Below, one piece after another: positions 1 through 11,159 of a DNA stretch of 64,000 nt. The stretch lies in contig CALLMV010000005.1 of assembly GCA_938005615.1 (NCBI GenBank), positions 8,323 to 72,322 on the forward strand. The letters are read 5' to 3'. The DNA comes from an uncultured Verrucomicrobiae bacterium (lineage in GTDB: Bacteria; Verrucomicrobiota; Verrucomicrobiia; JADLBR01; CALLMV01). Within the stretch, counting starts at the first letter, position 1. Each line of letters begins with the position of its first letter. The translations under genes and the position numbers were made by a program. The notes below the pieces were generated by a model, which saw only the letters and a list, made by a program, of their open reading frames with translations, did not search any database and was not told where the DNA came from.

Positions 1-14
1 AGCGCGATGTCCAA

Positions 15-377
15 ATGATAATCGCAAATCACTACGGTCTAGCGTCTGCGTTAAACTGGCACATGCCCGGGCCAAGAGGCGGCCTTCGTATCTACCGATC
101 ACTTCGACCAGGTAGAGTTAATGATCAATTCTCATTTTGGCCAAACTACCTCGAACGTAGTGGTGAAGATGCTCTCCTAGTCATGCAAATTCGTGGCGAT
201 CAAATATCACGCAAGATCAGACCTCCCAAAATACTTCGCGAGCAGTTCGAGGAATGGGAGGCCTTGGGCGAGCCTTTCTGGCTAAGCGACAACGGACTAA
301 AAGTCGCACCTTACGCACTTTTCCATCTTAAGCGTCTGAAGCCTACCGAATCACTTAAGGCAGAGGGATTAAATTAA
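15..377 (+). CDS. hypothetical protein, probably 5'-partial; the reading frame is open to the window edge
   Basis: No stop between position 3 and the first ATG at 15, so the ORF may continue upstream of the window. No recognised motifs. Confidence 0.3.
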   Translation: MIIANHYGLASALNWHMPGPRGGLRIYRSLRPGRVNDQFSFWPNYLERSGEDALLVMQIRGDQISRKIRPPKILREQFEEWEALGEPFWLSDNGLKVAPYALFHLKRLKPTESLKAEGLN

Positions 378-446
378 GATGACTCGTAAATTTTTCTGAG
401 GGACAAAATACTTGATTTTTCGTTATATAAAATCCAAAGCCGATGC

Positions 447-1226
447 ATGTTCGAACACCGTCAGCTGGCACTTCAACTTTACACACTTCGAGACTTCTGC
501 AAGACCGAGACTGATTTCGCTACCACTTGCAAAAAAGTTCGAGATATCGGTTACGATTCTGTTCAAATCAGCGGAGTCGGCCCCATCGAGCCGGAAAAAA
601 TTGCAAAAATTCTCTCAGATTACGGACTGTTTGCTTGCGCCGCACACGATGACTCCAAGTCAATACTTAACGACACGCAAAAGGTCATCGACCGCAATAA
701 AGTACTTGGCACAACTTTAACTTGTTACCCCTGGCCGGCAGATGTCGATTTTACTGACATGAACTCCATAGACAAGCTTTGTGAGGGCTTAGACAGTGCT
801 GGTGCGAAACTTCGGAACGCAGGCATCACTCTATGTTACCACAACCACGACATCGAGTTCGTCCGTCTCCCCAATGGCAAACTCGCACTAGAATACATTT
901 TTGAAAACACCTCACCTCAAAATCTGCAAGCCGAGATTGACACCTTCTGGGTGCAGGCTGGAGGCGGTTGTCCTATCTACTGGTCATCGCGTTACAAAGG
1001 CCGCGCCCCGCTGCTTCACCTCAAAGATGCTACGTACGACCTAAAGAATCGAAAACTTGCTTTTGCAGAAATCGGCAAAGGTACACTTGATTGGTTCTCA
1101 ATACTCTCTGGTGCAAAATCCGCAAACACATTGTATTTCATCGTCGAACAAGATACCTGCCCAGGTGATCCTTTTGATTCTGTAAAGATCAGCTATAAGT
1201 ATTTAACCGAGAATTTTTTCAAATAA
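447..1226 (+). CDS. sugar phosphate isomerase/epimerase (xylose isomerase-like TIM barrel) family protein
   Basis: N-terminal 'LALQLYTLRD' and overall length and composition are typical of the AP-endonuclease-2/xylose-isomerase-like TIM-barrel family. Family-level call only. Confidence 0.55.
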   Translation: MFEHRQLALQLYTLRDFCKTETDFATTCKKVRDIGYDSVQISGVGPIEPEKIAKILSDYGLFACAAHDDSKSILNDTQKVIDRNKVLGTTLTCYPWPADVDFTDMNSIDKLCEGLDSAGAKLRNAGITLCYHNHDIEFVRLPNGKLALEYIFENTSPQNLQAEIDTFWVQAGGGCPIYWSSRYKGRAPLLHLKDATYDLKNRKLAFAEIGKGTLDWFSILSGAKSANTLYFIVEQDTCPGDPFDSVKISYKYLTENFFK

Positions 1227-1275
1227 TCGCAGTTTTATACTTCACCAAAACCACAAATCTTACATCTAGAAAAAA

Positions 1276-1728
1276 ATGTCAGACACGATCCCACGCGAAC
1301 ATCTTCGCATAGGAATCGTATGCTCAGTTTACAATCAAGAGTTTACCGATGAACTGCTTAACCGCACAGTGCATGAATTACAAAAACTCAGTGCTGTTGC
1401 CACACCACAAGTTGTACGTGTTCCTGGTGCTTGGGAAATTCCCTTCGCTTTGCAGCGTCTGGCACGCGGCAACCCCCCGCCCCACGCGCTCATCGCACTA
1501 GGTGTCATCTGGCAGGGTGCCACCACACACGCACAAATCATAGCCACAGAAACTGCACGCGCATGCATGGATATTTCGCTTCGTGAGGATGTGCCAGTGT
1601 TACACCAGATCCTCCACATCTCCAATCCAGAAGAGGCTAATCAGAGAATTACCGGGCCGCTCAATCGGCCGGCAGAAATCGCATCAGCCGCGCACGAGAT
1701 GGCCCGCTTAAATCGCTCTTTGAGATAA
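1276..1728 (+). CDS. ribH: 6,7-dimethyl-8-ribityllumazine synthase
   Basis: Motifs RIGIVCSVYNQEFTDELL, VRVPGAWEIPFA and ALGVIWQGATTHAQIIA match lumazine synthase. About 150 aa. Confidence 0.85.
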   Translation: MSDTIPREHLRIGIVCSVYNQEFTDELLNRTVHELQKLSAVATPQVVRVPGAWEIPFALQRLARGNPPPHALIALGVIWQGATTHAQIIATETARACMDISLREDVPVLHQILHISNPEEANQRITGPLNRPAEIASAAHEMARLNRSLR

Positions 1729-1737
1729 AATTTTTCT

Positions 1738-2703
1738 CTAAAACGAAAACCTAATTCCTACACGAAAAAAAGGCCCCGGGTCTGATGCGTACTGAAGACC
1801 AGCCCTGTTGTAAAGCCAGAGCCTAGCGATTGTTACACCAGCCTCAGCAAATCCACTCGTGTTGTTAGATAAGCGAAGTTCACCGCCCAAGCCTGCATTA
1901 AATTCGCGCAAGTTAATCACAGTGTTGTTTAACTCCGGTTTTCCATAGCCGCTCCCAAAAGTCTCACTTACACGAAAACTTCCCCCTCGATACTCACCAA
2001 AGACGTAAGCCGAAAGTTGATCTGATATCTTCCATACAACACGCGGCTTGGGGGCGATAAATTCCAGTGTCCAACCCTCGGCGAATTTCCAATTAAATCC
2101 GAGCCCGGGGATGACAGGAAATTCTCTCTGAAAATCCAGACTCAACCCGAAAATCCACGTAAAATTCTTGTTCATGAGGTACTCGCCTCCAATCAAAATT
2201 GGGACGTTGAAATCACTCCAAGAAATATCGCGGAAGTCGGAGTACAGCCCAGGGCGAGCCTGTAACAAAAACCTCCACTCGGGATGGGGTTGAAACAAAA
2301 TTCCGAAATTTAGACTCCAACCATAAAGATCCGAAGGAAGGGCTGCCTTGCCAGGGCTGTAGATTCGATGCCAGATTCCTGCAGTCCCTACCTGAAGTGC
2401 AAATCCTGTGGGGAAAGGAGCCGTCGCGGTATAAGTTACATCTGTGGTGCGAGCAGCATATTCGCCCAACCTGTCACGACCTTGGTAAATATTTGTCGGA
2501 AACACCGAGATATCTGATGCCCGAATCTCGTGACGCAACCTGCCACGCCGAGCCTGAGCCATGTCCTCGGCTGCACGTTCCACTATTGTGACTGGACCAC
2601 CGGGCGAAGCCTGGGAAAACACCCGATCGGATGTTGAGATGAGAAAAGAAAAAAAACAAAAATAGATAAACGAAAACTGCTGCTTCTGATTATTTACGAT
2701 CAC
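1738..2703 (-). CDS. outer-membrane beta-barrel protein (hypothetical)
   Basis: N-terminal signal peptide, alternating hydrophobic/aromatic strands, C-terminal ...GIRFSF with terminal Phe typical of OMP barrels. Confidence 0.5.
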   Translation of the reverse strand: MIVNNQKQQFSFIYFCFFSFLISTSDRVFSQASPGGPVTIVERAAEDMAQARRGRLRHEIRASDISVFPTNIYQGRDRLGEYAARTTDVTYTATAPFPTGFALQVGTAGIWHRIYSPGKAALPSDLYGWSLNFGILFQPHPEWRFLLQARPGLYSDFRDISWSDFNVPILIGGEYLMNKNFTWIFGLSLDFQREFPVIPGLGFNWKFAEGWTLEFIAPKPRVVWKISDQLSAYVFGEYRGGSFRVSETFGSGYGKPELNNTVINLREFNAGLGGELRLSNNTSGFAEAGVTIARLWLYNRAGLQYASDPGPFFRVGIRFSF

Positions 2704-2899
2704 GTTTGGACTCTACAGCTTCATAAGCTAAGCGCAATTAATTCCAAAAAAATTGCTCTGAACACTTTCCTTTCCTGTAAATAAATGAACAACTTTTACA
2801 GGTGCTACTTGTGAAAGGCTGCTGTTAGAAGTTCAACAACCTCACGAGGAATCTGTCACACAATTGTGTTTGTACTTAACCAAAGCCGACCGTGGGCTT

Positions 2900-4771
2900 T
2901 CAGTCTAATGTGCCGTTGAATGGCTCGATTTTATCCACGCGTAAAGTGACAGTGGTGCCATCCTCACGAGGCAGTTCCACCACATCACCGGGCGAACGAC
3001 CCATTAGCGCACGTGCTGTCGCAGTAAGGTAGGAAATAATGTTGCGCGAGGGATCTGCATCCCAGGCTCCTAAGATGGAATAGGTTTCTCGACCATACGG
3101 ACCAGATACGGTCACAGTCGTTCCGATTGAGACACGGCTGGTATCCGGGTTAGAAAAATCTGTGCCTTCGGCGCGCATGAGGTCGGCCTCTAATTCAGCC
3201 CGTCGGCGGGCGAGAACTGCCTGCTGTTCTTTTGCGAATTTGAACTCAGAGTTTTCCCGCAAGTCGCCATAGCTGCGCGCGATTGCGATTTCCTGTGTAT
3301 TCGCAGGGATTTTTTTATTTATAAGTTCATCCAGTTCATCTTTGCGACGCTTCAAGCTACTCCAGGAGACGATGAGCTTACCCCCTTCGGATTGTGCTGC
3401 CGCTGTACTGCTTTCGGCGGCTGCGGCTTCACGTGACTTTCCTGGAGTAGTGGTAACGTAGGATTCTATTTCTGGGTATTTTTTAATGATGCGCGCCAGC
3501 AGGGAGCGTTTGTTCATATCATCAAAGACGCTGGCTAGCAGCAGCTGACGAGTCATGTCGCGCACCTCCACAGGGTCTGCGTTTTGTAGCAAGTCAGTAA
3601 GCAGTGTACGGTCGCTGATCACCAAATCATGTAGTCTTGCGGAGCGTGTATCACCAATCTGATCACGCTCAATAGCAGCGATGAGCGCGGAAAATAACCG
3701 TGGATTGATTAGGCTATTTTGATTTTTTCTGTTTTTAATGATCCAGATCAGCCCCTCAGACGAAAGATTTAATTCTCGCACGGCGCGCTCGATTCCTTCA
3801 TTAAAAACGTGATCCGATTTTCGTTCGCTTAAGAAGTCCCGAATTGAGGTGAGCAGTCGCTGACCTGCAATACGCAGAAGTCCGACTACCGCTGCATGCC
3901 AAGTCTCAGGTTCACGCTCTGCAATAACCTCTAGCAACCTTTTCTGGTGCACGGCTGGTAAAGAGTTAATAAGCTCTGGCACTTGTGATTCTAACGTACC
4001 AAGCAGCATGACAGTGCGTACGTGGTCAGAAGGTTGGACGCCGAGCTCTTCGGCTAAAAGATCCCGTGCAAGAGCCAATTTGAGCAAATCCTGTTTAGTT
4101 TTGTTTGTCGTAGGCTTATGGCTGAGCAGCTCATCTACTCGCGTGAGTAAAGCAACCGCTTCCTCTTTGTGATCACGCAAAGATGCCGTATCGCGCGAAA
4201 TTTCCATCAGTGCTCTGAGTGCCTGCTCAATGCCCTTAGACTGAATGGCGGTCTGGATGAGGGACTTAGAAGTTTTGGCCTTTTCTGTGAAAATTATGGG
4301 TTGCGTTTTGGCAGCCGGGAAAGTGAATCGCCCATCGGCACGAGCTGCTTTGCGTGCGCTATCCCACCACTTTTTCCATTCGTTTAAAGGAATTGGATCG
4401 GGAGTAAGCACTGCCATGAGTGCCTCTGGAGTGGCGCGGCGAGCCAAAGATGTGATTGCTATCCTGAGCAACTCCACAGGATTATCTTGAGCCAGAGCAC
4501 GCGCCTCCTCTGGTCTTCCTTTACGCAGAGCGTAAATATGTTCATCGGCAAGTGGTGTGAGGCTTTCTATTGCAAAAAGTACTTCCAGCTTGTGGCCAGT
4601 CTTTCTCTCAAAATCTACTGTCATTACGCCTGTCACTTCATCGAGTGATGTAACTTTCCCATACCCCCAGCTTTTGTGTTCGCAGTAGCAACCAGGTTGG
4701 AGTTTTTCAAGAATGGCTGCTTGTTCTTTGCTAATTTCTTCAGTAGCTATGAGTTCTTCAATAGATGGCAT
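2900..4771 (-). CDS. greA: long-form transcription elongation factor GreA (about 620 aa; N-terminal extension plus C-terminal GreA/GreB domain)
   Basis: The C-terminal 160 aa carry the Gre signature YGDLRENSEFKFAKEQQ and an FKBP-like tail ISYLTATARALMGRSPGDVVEL. The start was moved to the internal ATG at 4771 (MPSIEELIA); the track's upstream 28 aa look like read-through. Long GreA is known in Chlamydiae, which are also PVC. Confidence 0.6.
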   Translation of the reverse strand: MPSIEELIATEEISKEQAAILEKLQPGCYCEHKSWGYGKVTSLDEVTGVMTVDFERKTGHKLEVLFAIESLTPLADEHIYALRKGRPEEARALAQDNPVELLRIAITSLARRATPEALMAVLTPDPIPLNEWKKWWDSARKAARADGRFTFPAAKTQPIIFTEKAKTSKSLIQTAIQSKGIEQALRALMEISRDTASLRDHKEEAVALLTRVDELLSHKPTTNKTKQDLLKLALARDLLAEELGVQPSDHVRTVMLLGTLESQVPELINSLPAVHQKRLLEVIAEREPETWHAAVVGLLRIAGQRLLTSIRDFLSERKSDHVFNEGIERAVRELNLSSEGLIWIIKNRKNQNSLINPRLFSALIAAIERDQIGDTRSARLHDLVISDRTLLTDLLQNADPVEVRDMTRQLLLASVFDDMNKRSLLARIIKKYPEIESYVTTTPGKSREAAAAESSTAAAQSEGGKLIVSWSSLKRRKDELDELINKKIPANTQEIAIARSYGDLRENSEFKFAKEQQAVLARRRAELEADLMRAEGTDFSNPDTSRVSIGTTVTVSGPYGRETYSILGAWDADPSRNIISYLTATARALMGRSPGDVVELPREDGTTVTLRVDKIEPFNGTLD

Positions 4772-4824
4772 TAGATTTTTTATTTCAAAAAAAACAACCT
4801 TTCGCAAGCAGAGAATTTTGTTGA

Positions 4825-7137
<2,313 letters not shown>

Positions 7138-7190
7138 CGCAGAGAATTTCAAACCATGGTATAATTCCTGACGAGCATGTGCTCCACTTG

Positions 7191-7490
7191 CTAAGCTTTG
7201 TAAAACACGGCCACGTGACCGAGTATTTGAATGAGATGACAATCACACTTCATGGCAATTTCTTCTGCAAGCAGTTTTCTTTGATCCTTGAATTGCTCGA
7301 AACGCACTTTGATAAGTTTGTGTTTTTCCAGTGCTTCGTTCACTGCCTTGATAAGGCTTTCGTCGATACCATTTTTCCCAACACGCACGTGAGGTTGCAT
7401 CGTCATCGCCTGAGATCGCAGCTTTTGTTTCTGAGCGCCACTAAGCACAAGCGATTGTTTTCCAGAAGAGTAGATCTTTGTCCAAAGCAT
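7191..7490 (-). CDS. yhbY: YhbY/CRM-domain RNA-binding protein
   Basis: LSGAQKQKLRSQA...VRVGKNGIDESLIKAVNEALEKHKLIKVRF matches the YhbY CRS1 family. 99 aa. Confidence 0.75.
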   Translation of the reverse strand: MLWTKIYSSGKQSLVLSGAQKQKLRSQAMTMQPHVRVGKNGIDESLIKAVNEALEKHKLIKVRFEQFKDQRKLLAEEIAMKCDCHLIQILGHVAVFYKA

Positions 7491-7495
7491 TTTGA

Positions 7496-7693
7496 GAAAT
7501 CCCGGATGAAGTAATCGTTAGTCCTCTAGGTGGAGATTTTGCGGGCACAATTTTTGGGGGAGATAGACACTGCGGACCAGTATATCATTTTAGTCGTGAC
7601 GGCAGCATGATTTTACTCTCTGAGAGGCAGAGCACTCCAAATGGTATGGCATTTAGTCCTGATTTGACGCGAATTTGCTTCACGAATCTCTGA
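7496..7693 (+). pseudogene. internal fragment of an SMP-30/gluconolactonase/LRE-family gene (relic)
   Basis: The frame translates to ...FGGDRHCGPVYHFSRDGSMILLSERQSTPNGMAFSPDLTRICFTNL*, resembling the 'LYR.DPDGS...LPNGIAFSPDG.TLY' blade of regucalcin/gluconolactonases. It has no start codon, is bounded by stops and is about 65 aa. Confidence 0.4.
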
Positions 7694-7820
7694 TCGTGCG
7701 CTCTGATGGAATAACGGTCGATGCCATTCGAAACATATGGTCAGCACACAGGAAGGTAGGGAGGGAGGCCGGGTCTTGAGCATTTCACCCGAGGGACAGA
7801 TTTTACACTGCAAGCAAAGA

Positions 7821-7855
7821 TGTAACTTGAGTTACATTTTGTAATTGAAATTACA
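7821..7855. promoter_or_regulatory. two tandem 16-bp palindromes TGTAAYT-N2-ARTTACA (candidate operator pair) upstream of mscL
   Basis: TGTAACTTGAGTTACA (7821-7836) and TGTAATTGAAATTACA (7840-7855), each with perfect 7-bp arms, 3 bp apart. They lie about 160 bp upstream of the mscL GTG start. Confidence 0.3.
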
Positions 7856-8017
7856 CTGGTTTGTGTGTTATAATTGGCGTGGGGCATCAACGGCCAAAAC
7901 TAGTTGAACATGCGGGTGCAGTTTTTGTTCTGTGTAATGCAAGGGGCGGCAACCGAGAATTTTACTCACTTTCATAAAATTATTGATACTGACAGAAATT
8001 TTTTGCAGTTGTTTGCT

Positions 8018-8470
8018 GTGAAAATATTTAAAGAATTCGTTGCGTTCATTAATCGCGGAAACGTCATTGATCTAGCTGTCGGCGTCATTATCGGTACGGC
8101 GTTTGGCAGGATTGTCAGCTCTCTGGTGGCTGACGTATTCACCCCTCTGCTCGGGATTATTGTTGGCGGCGTCAATTTATCTCAGCTCAGTCTTGTTGTG
8201 GGGCAAACCGAAGGTAAGGAAGTTGTCCTAGCTTACGGGAATTTTCTTCAGTCGTGTTTCGATTTTCTCGTGACGGGTTTTGCTATTTTCATGATCATAC
8301 GTTTGGTCAATCGCATTCGCGAAATTCGCAAACCCGAGGAAGTTAACCATTCTCAGGATACACCGACCAATGCACCCCAGCCGACAGAGGAGGTACAACT
8401 ACTGCGGGAAATCCGAGACTCTTTAGCAGAAGCAAAGCGTGCAGGCAGAGGCAAAGAGAATAGCGACTAG
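8018..8470 (+). CDS. mscL: large-conductance mechanosensitive channel
   Basis: IFKEFVAFINRGNVIDLAVGVIIGTAFGRIVSSLVADVFTPLLG is the MscL signature. The start is placed at the in-frame GTG at 8018; the track's upstream extension has no homology. Confidence 0.85.
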   Translation: MKIFKEFVAFINRGNVIDLAVGVIIGTAFGRIVSSLVADVFTPLLGIIVGGVNLSQLSLVVGQTEGKEVVLAYGNFLQSCFDFLVTGFAIFMIIRLVNRIREIRKPEEVNHSQDTPTNAPQPTEEVQLLREIRDSLAEAKRAGRGKENSD

Positions 8471-10564
8471 CTAGCCCGTCAGCAGATTGTATCGTTGTAG
8501 GCTTTGCGCAAGCGAGTGATGAAGTGCAGTTGAAGGTGTTTGCCATACTTTTTTGTGTAACTGATCCATACTTTCATAATCCTGGAGCAGGGCCATGCGT
8601 TCCCGTTTTGTAAGTGAAGCTGGACCGTTTATTAAAAATCGTTCGGCTAGCCTAACCAGGTATTCATGTTTGCGAGTTGGTCTTTTCGATCTTCGCCTTA
8701 AGAACGCGATATGCACGGCATTAATGTAGGGATCTATTATAACCCGGATTATTTCTTCAACTGGATTTAACTGTGTAACCTTTTGCCTCTGTTCTGTGTT
8801 TAGTTTTAAGAAAAGTTCAAACTTTTCAACAACTCGAGGCTTCGTGATTTCAACCGGGGTTAAAAAAAGCCCGATTTTTTTGAGCATCTGGCCTAACCAG
8901 GGCTTGCTACTAAGAACAGAGAGAGGAGCAGAGAACACAAGTCCAGCTAAAAGAGGTGTCAGCCAAATTAAGATCTCTGGTGCTTCCAGCAATAACGTCG
9001 CTGACAAGATGAGACCGACTAAGGTATGTGTAGAGTGGAATGCCCAAGCTTCTGACCAAGATGTTCCCTCGCCACTTTCCCGATTTTGTGTACCCCAAGT
9101 GACTGTTTGCCCCAGTGCAGTGTAGATAACAAATTTCGTGTTCATGAGCATGTGCACTGGTGCTGCAAGAGTCGAAAGGCAGAGTTCAAACATACTCGAA
9201 AGGAGAGATGACAAATAGCCGCCGTAATTTTTTCGTGTAACACTAATTCCTGCTTGAATCCAACTCAGCAACCTCGGCAGGAGAATCAACATCACTACGA
9301 AAAGAAAAATTGCTGTTGCCAATGTCTCGGGATCCTTGAGCCGAAATAATTCACAAATGAAGCTTTTTTTCCATTCGGGGCCTCCTCGCAAGTTTTCAAA
9401 ATATTGAAGGACTGTGGCTAAGATAAAAGTTGCCCAAAGAGGCGACGTCACGTAAGACAATACCCCCAACAAAAGGTGCAGTTTATTGACAAGGCTGATT
9501 TGTGGACTGAATAGTAACCACACGTGTTGTAGATTACCAGCACACCACCTGCGGTCGCGTTTAATGTAATCAATCCAAGTAGGCGGGCCTTCTTCGTAAG
9601 AGCCGGCAATGTCGTAAGCAAGCCAAACGGAATATCCAGCACGTTGTATGAGTGCTGCTTCAACAAAATCGTGACTTAAAATATGACCGCCGAATGGAAC
9701 AGCGCCAGGGAGGTTGGGTAGGTCACAGTTTTCGATAAAAGGTGCCAGCCTGATGATTGCATTGTGCCCCCAATACAATCCTTGACCCTGTTGCCAGAAA
9801 TTTAAACCTGCACAAAAAAACCGTCCGTAAAATTCTACCACATATTGTGCTGTACGGGCAAAGAGGCTTTCCCCTCGAATAAGTTTTGTCGCCGTTTGAA
9901 TAATTCCTACCTTGGGATGCTTATCCATGAGTTCAACGAGCTGGACTAATGCGAAACCCTCCATTAGACTATCTGCATCCAGTGTAATCATGTAGTGGTA
10001 CCGCCTTCCCCAACGGCGGCAAAAGTCAGCCACGTTTCCGCTTTTTTTGTTAATTGCGAGGCGACGTTTCCTGTAAAAGATTTCGCCAAAACACTTGATT
10101 TCTCGGCACAGTTCCATCCATGCGGTTTCCTCAGCTATCCAGATATTTTCGTCGTTGCTATCACTGAGAATGAAAAAGTGAAACCTACCGCGCGCACCAA
10201 TTTCCTCGACTGACTCGAACATTGCTCTAACGCGGGCAAAAACAGCATTCGTATCCTCGTTAAAGATTGGAATAATCACGGCAGTAAGCGAATGTTGTTC
10301 GGCAATCTTTGTCTGGTTATTAGTAGGCAATGCAGTGATCCTAAGTGGATCTCCTCCCGAGAATTCCAACCAAAACCCTACGGCACACATCACCGCACCC
10401 AATACTATAGGCACTGACAGTATAGCGAATAGCAGCAACTGCACCCATTCCAGAGGTTGCATACCAGCTTGCCAAAGCAGATCCGCCAAGCTGAAGACCA
10501 AGATTGCCCAAAGGGTGAACACGACTCCAAAAAAAAAGATCTCCGCCGGTTCGCACGCAGGCAA
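8471..10564 (-). CDS. opgH: glucans biosynthesis glucosyltransferase H (GT2, OpgH/MdoH)
   Basis: Multi-TM N-terminus; GT2 core IIPIFNED...FFILSDSND...YRKRR.N.KSGNV.DF...ITLDADS...QHVWLL motifs resembling MdoH. Confidence 0.85.
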   Translation of the reverse strand: MPACEPAEIFFFGVVFTLWAILVFSLADLLWQAGMQPLEWVQLLLFAILSVPIVLGAVMCAVGFWLEFSGGDPLRITALPTNNQTKIAEQHSLTAVIIPIFNEDTNAVFARVRAMFESVEEIGARGRFHFFILSDSNDENIWIAEETAWMELCREIKCFGEIFYRKRRLAINKKSGNVADFCRRWGRRYHYMITLDADSLMEGFALVQLVELMDKHPKVGIIQTATKLIRGESLFARTAQYVVEFYGRFFCAGLNFWQQGQGLYWGHNAIIRLAPFIENCDLPNLPGAVPFGGHILSHDFVEAALIQRAGYSVWLAYDIAGSYEEGPPTWIDYIKRDRRWCAGNLQHVWLLFSPQISLVNKLHLLLGVLSYVTSPLWATFILATVLQYFENLRGGPEWKKSFICELFRLKDPETLATAIFLFVVMLILLPRLLSWIQAGISVTRKNYGGYLSSLLSSMFELCLSTLAAPVHMLMNTKFVIYTALGQTVTWGTQNRESGEGTSWSEAWAFHSTHTLVGLILSATLLLEAPEILIWLTPLLAGLVFSAPLSVLSSKPWLGQMLKKIGLFLTPVEITKPRVVEKFELFLKLNTEQRQKVTQLNPVEEIIRVIIDPYINAVHIAFLRRRSKRPTRKHEYLVRLAERFLINGPASLTKRERMALLQDYESMDQLHKKVWQTPSTALHHSLAQSLQRYNLLTG

Positions 10565-10595
10565 CTAACTTGCGCTTGTGTGGAATTGACGCTGC

Positions 10596-11159
10596 TCATC
10601 GTGTAATCCAAAAAATTGCTACCAGGAACAGCATTAGAAATAGCCAGAAAATGAAACCGCGGAATACAGGGCGACGTTCCAGCTCTTGGAAAGTGCTCCG
10701 CGCAATACTAGTGACTGTACCTAGCTGGATTTTTTTGGGCACCATGGCTGTTAGCTCCAGCTGAGGACCTATAGCAATTCGTTTTGCAGGAATCAAAGAG
10801 TCGCGTCTGACACCGGCTGAAAAAAATTGAGGAATCTCGCTCACAGCGCCGGCTACCCATAATTCAAGCCGGGCCCGAGCGAAGTCTTTTTCATCTAAAG
10901 CCGCCGCAAGCTGAAACCCGAGTGTGCTAAGAAAAATTGCTACCACTAATTCAACGGGCGCTGGCCCACCAGGATAATGAATTTCCCGGGCTTTATTCAG
11001 AACGTTCAGTAATATACTTGCCCTGTGCTCATAGGATTTGACACGGTAGGCCCGTAAAAGCGCGTCTAGTCGGGAGGCGGCTTCGTCCCATTCAGATTGG
11101 TCTGCGCCGATGAGATTGCTTGGAGCACTGAGTGTCAAGGAACAAGAGTGTGCGTCCAT
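10596..11159 (-). CDS. hypothetical protein between opgG and opgH (C-terminal TM helix)
   Basis: 187-aa ORF overlapping the opgG 3' end by 25 nt, on the same strand as the opg genes. No recognised domain. Confidence 0.4.
   Translation of the reverse strand: MDAHSCSLTLSAPSNLIGADQSEWDEAASRLDALLRAYRVKSYEHRASILLNVLNKAREIHYPGGPAPVELVVAIFLSTLGFQLAAALDEKDFARARLELWVAGAVSEIPQFFSAGVRRDSLIPAKRIAIGPQLELTAMVPKKIQLGTVTSIARSTFQELERRPVFRGFIFWLFLMLFLVAIFWITR

Noticed and set aside
1227-1275. FMN riboswitch upstream of ribH; SAM or B12 riboswitch upstream of the Hcy-methyltransferase gene
   Set aside because: The intergenic spaces are too short (about 50 bp and overlapping divergent genes) and no conserved riboswitch core sequences were recognised.
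7157-7165. Extended -10 element TGgTATAAT just after the ligA stop on the plus strand
   Set aside because: It would drive transcription antisense to yhbY. With no downstream plus-strand gene it is most likely a chance match.
7179-7514. 111-aa plus-strand ORF
   Set aside because: Entirely antisense to the well-supported yhbY gene.
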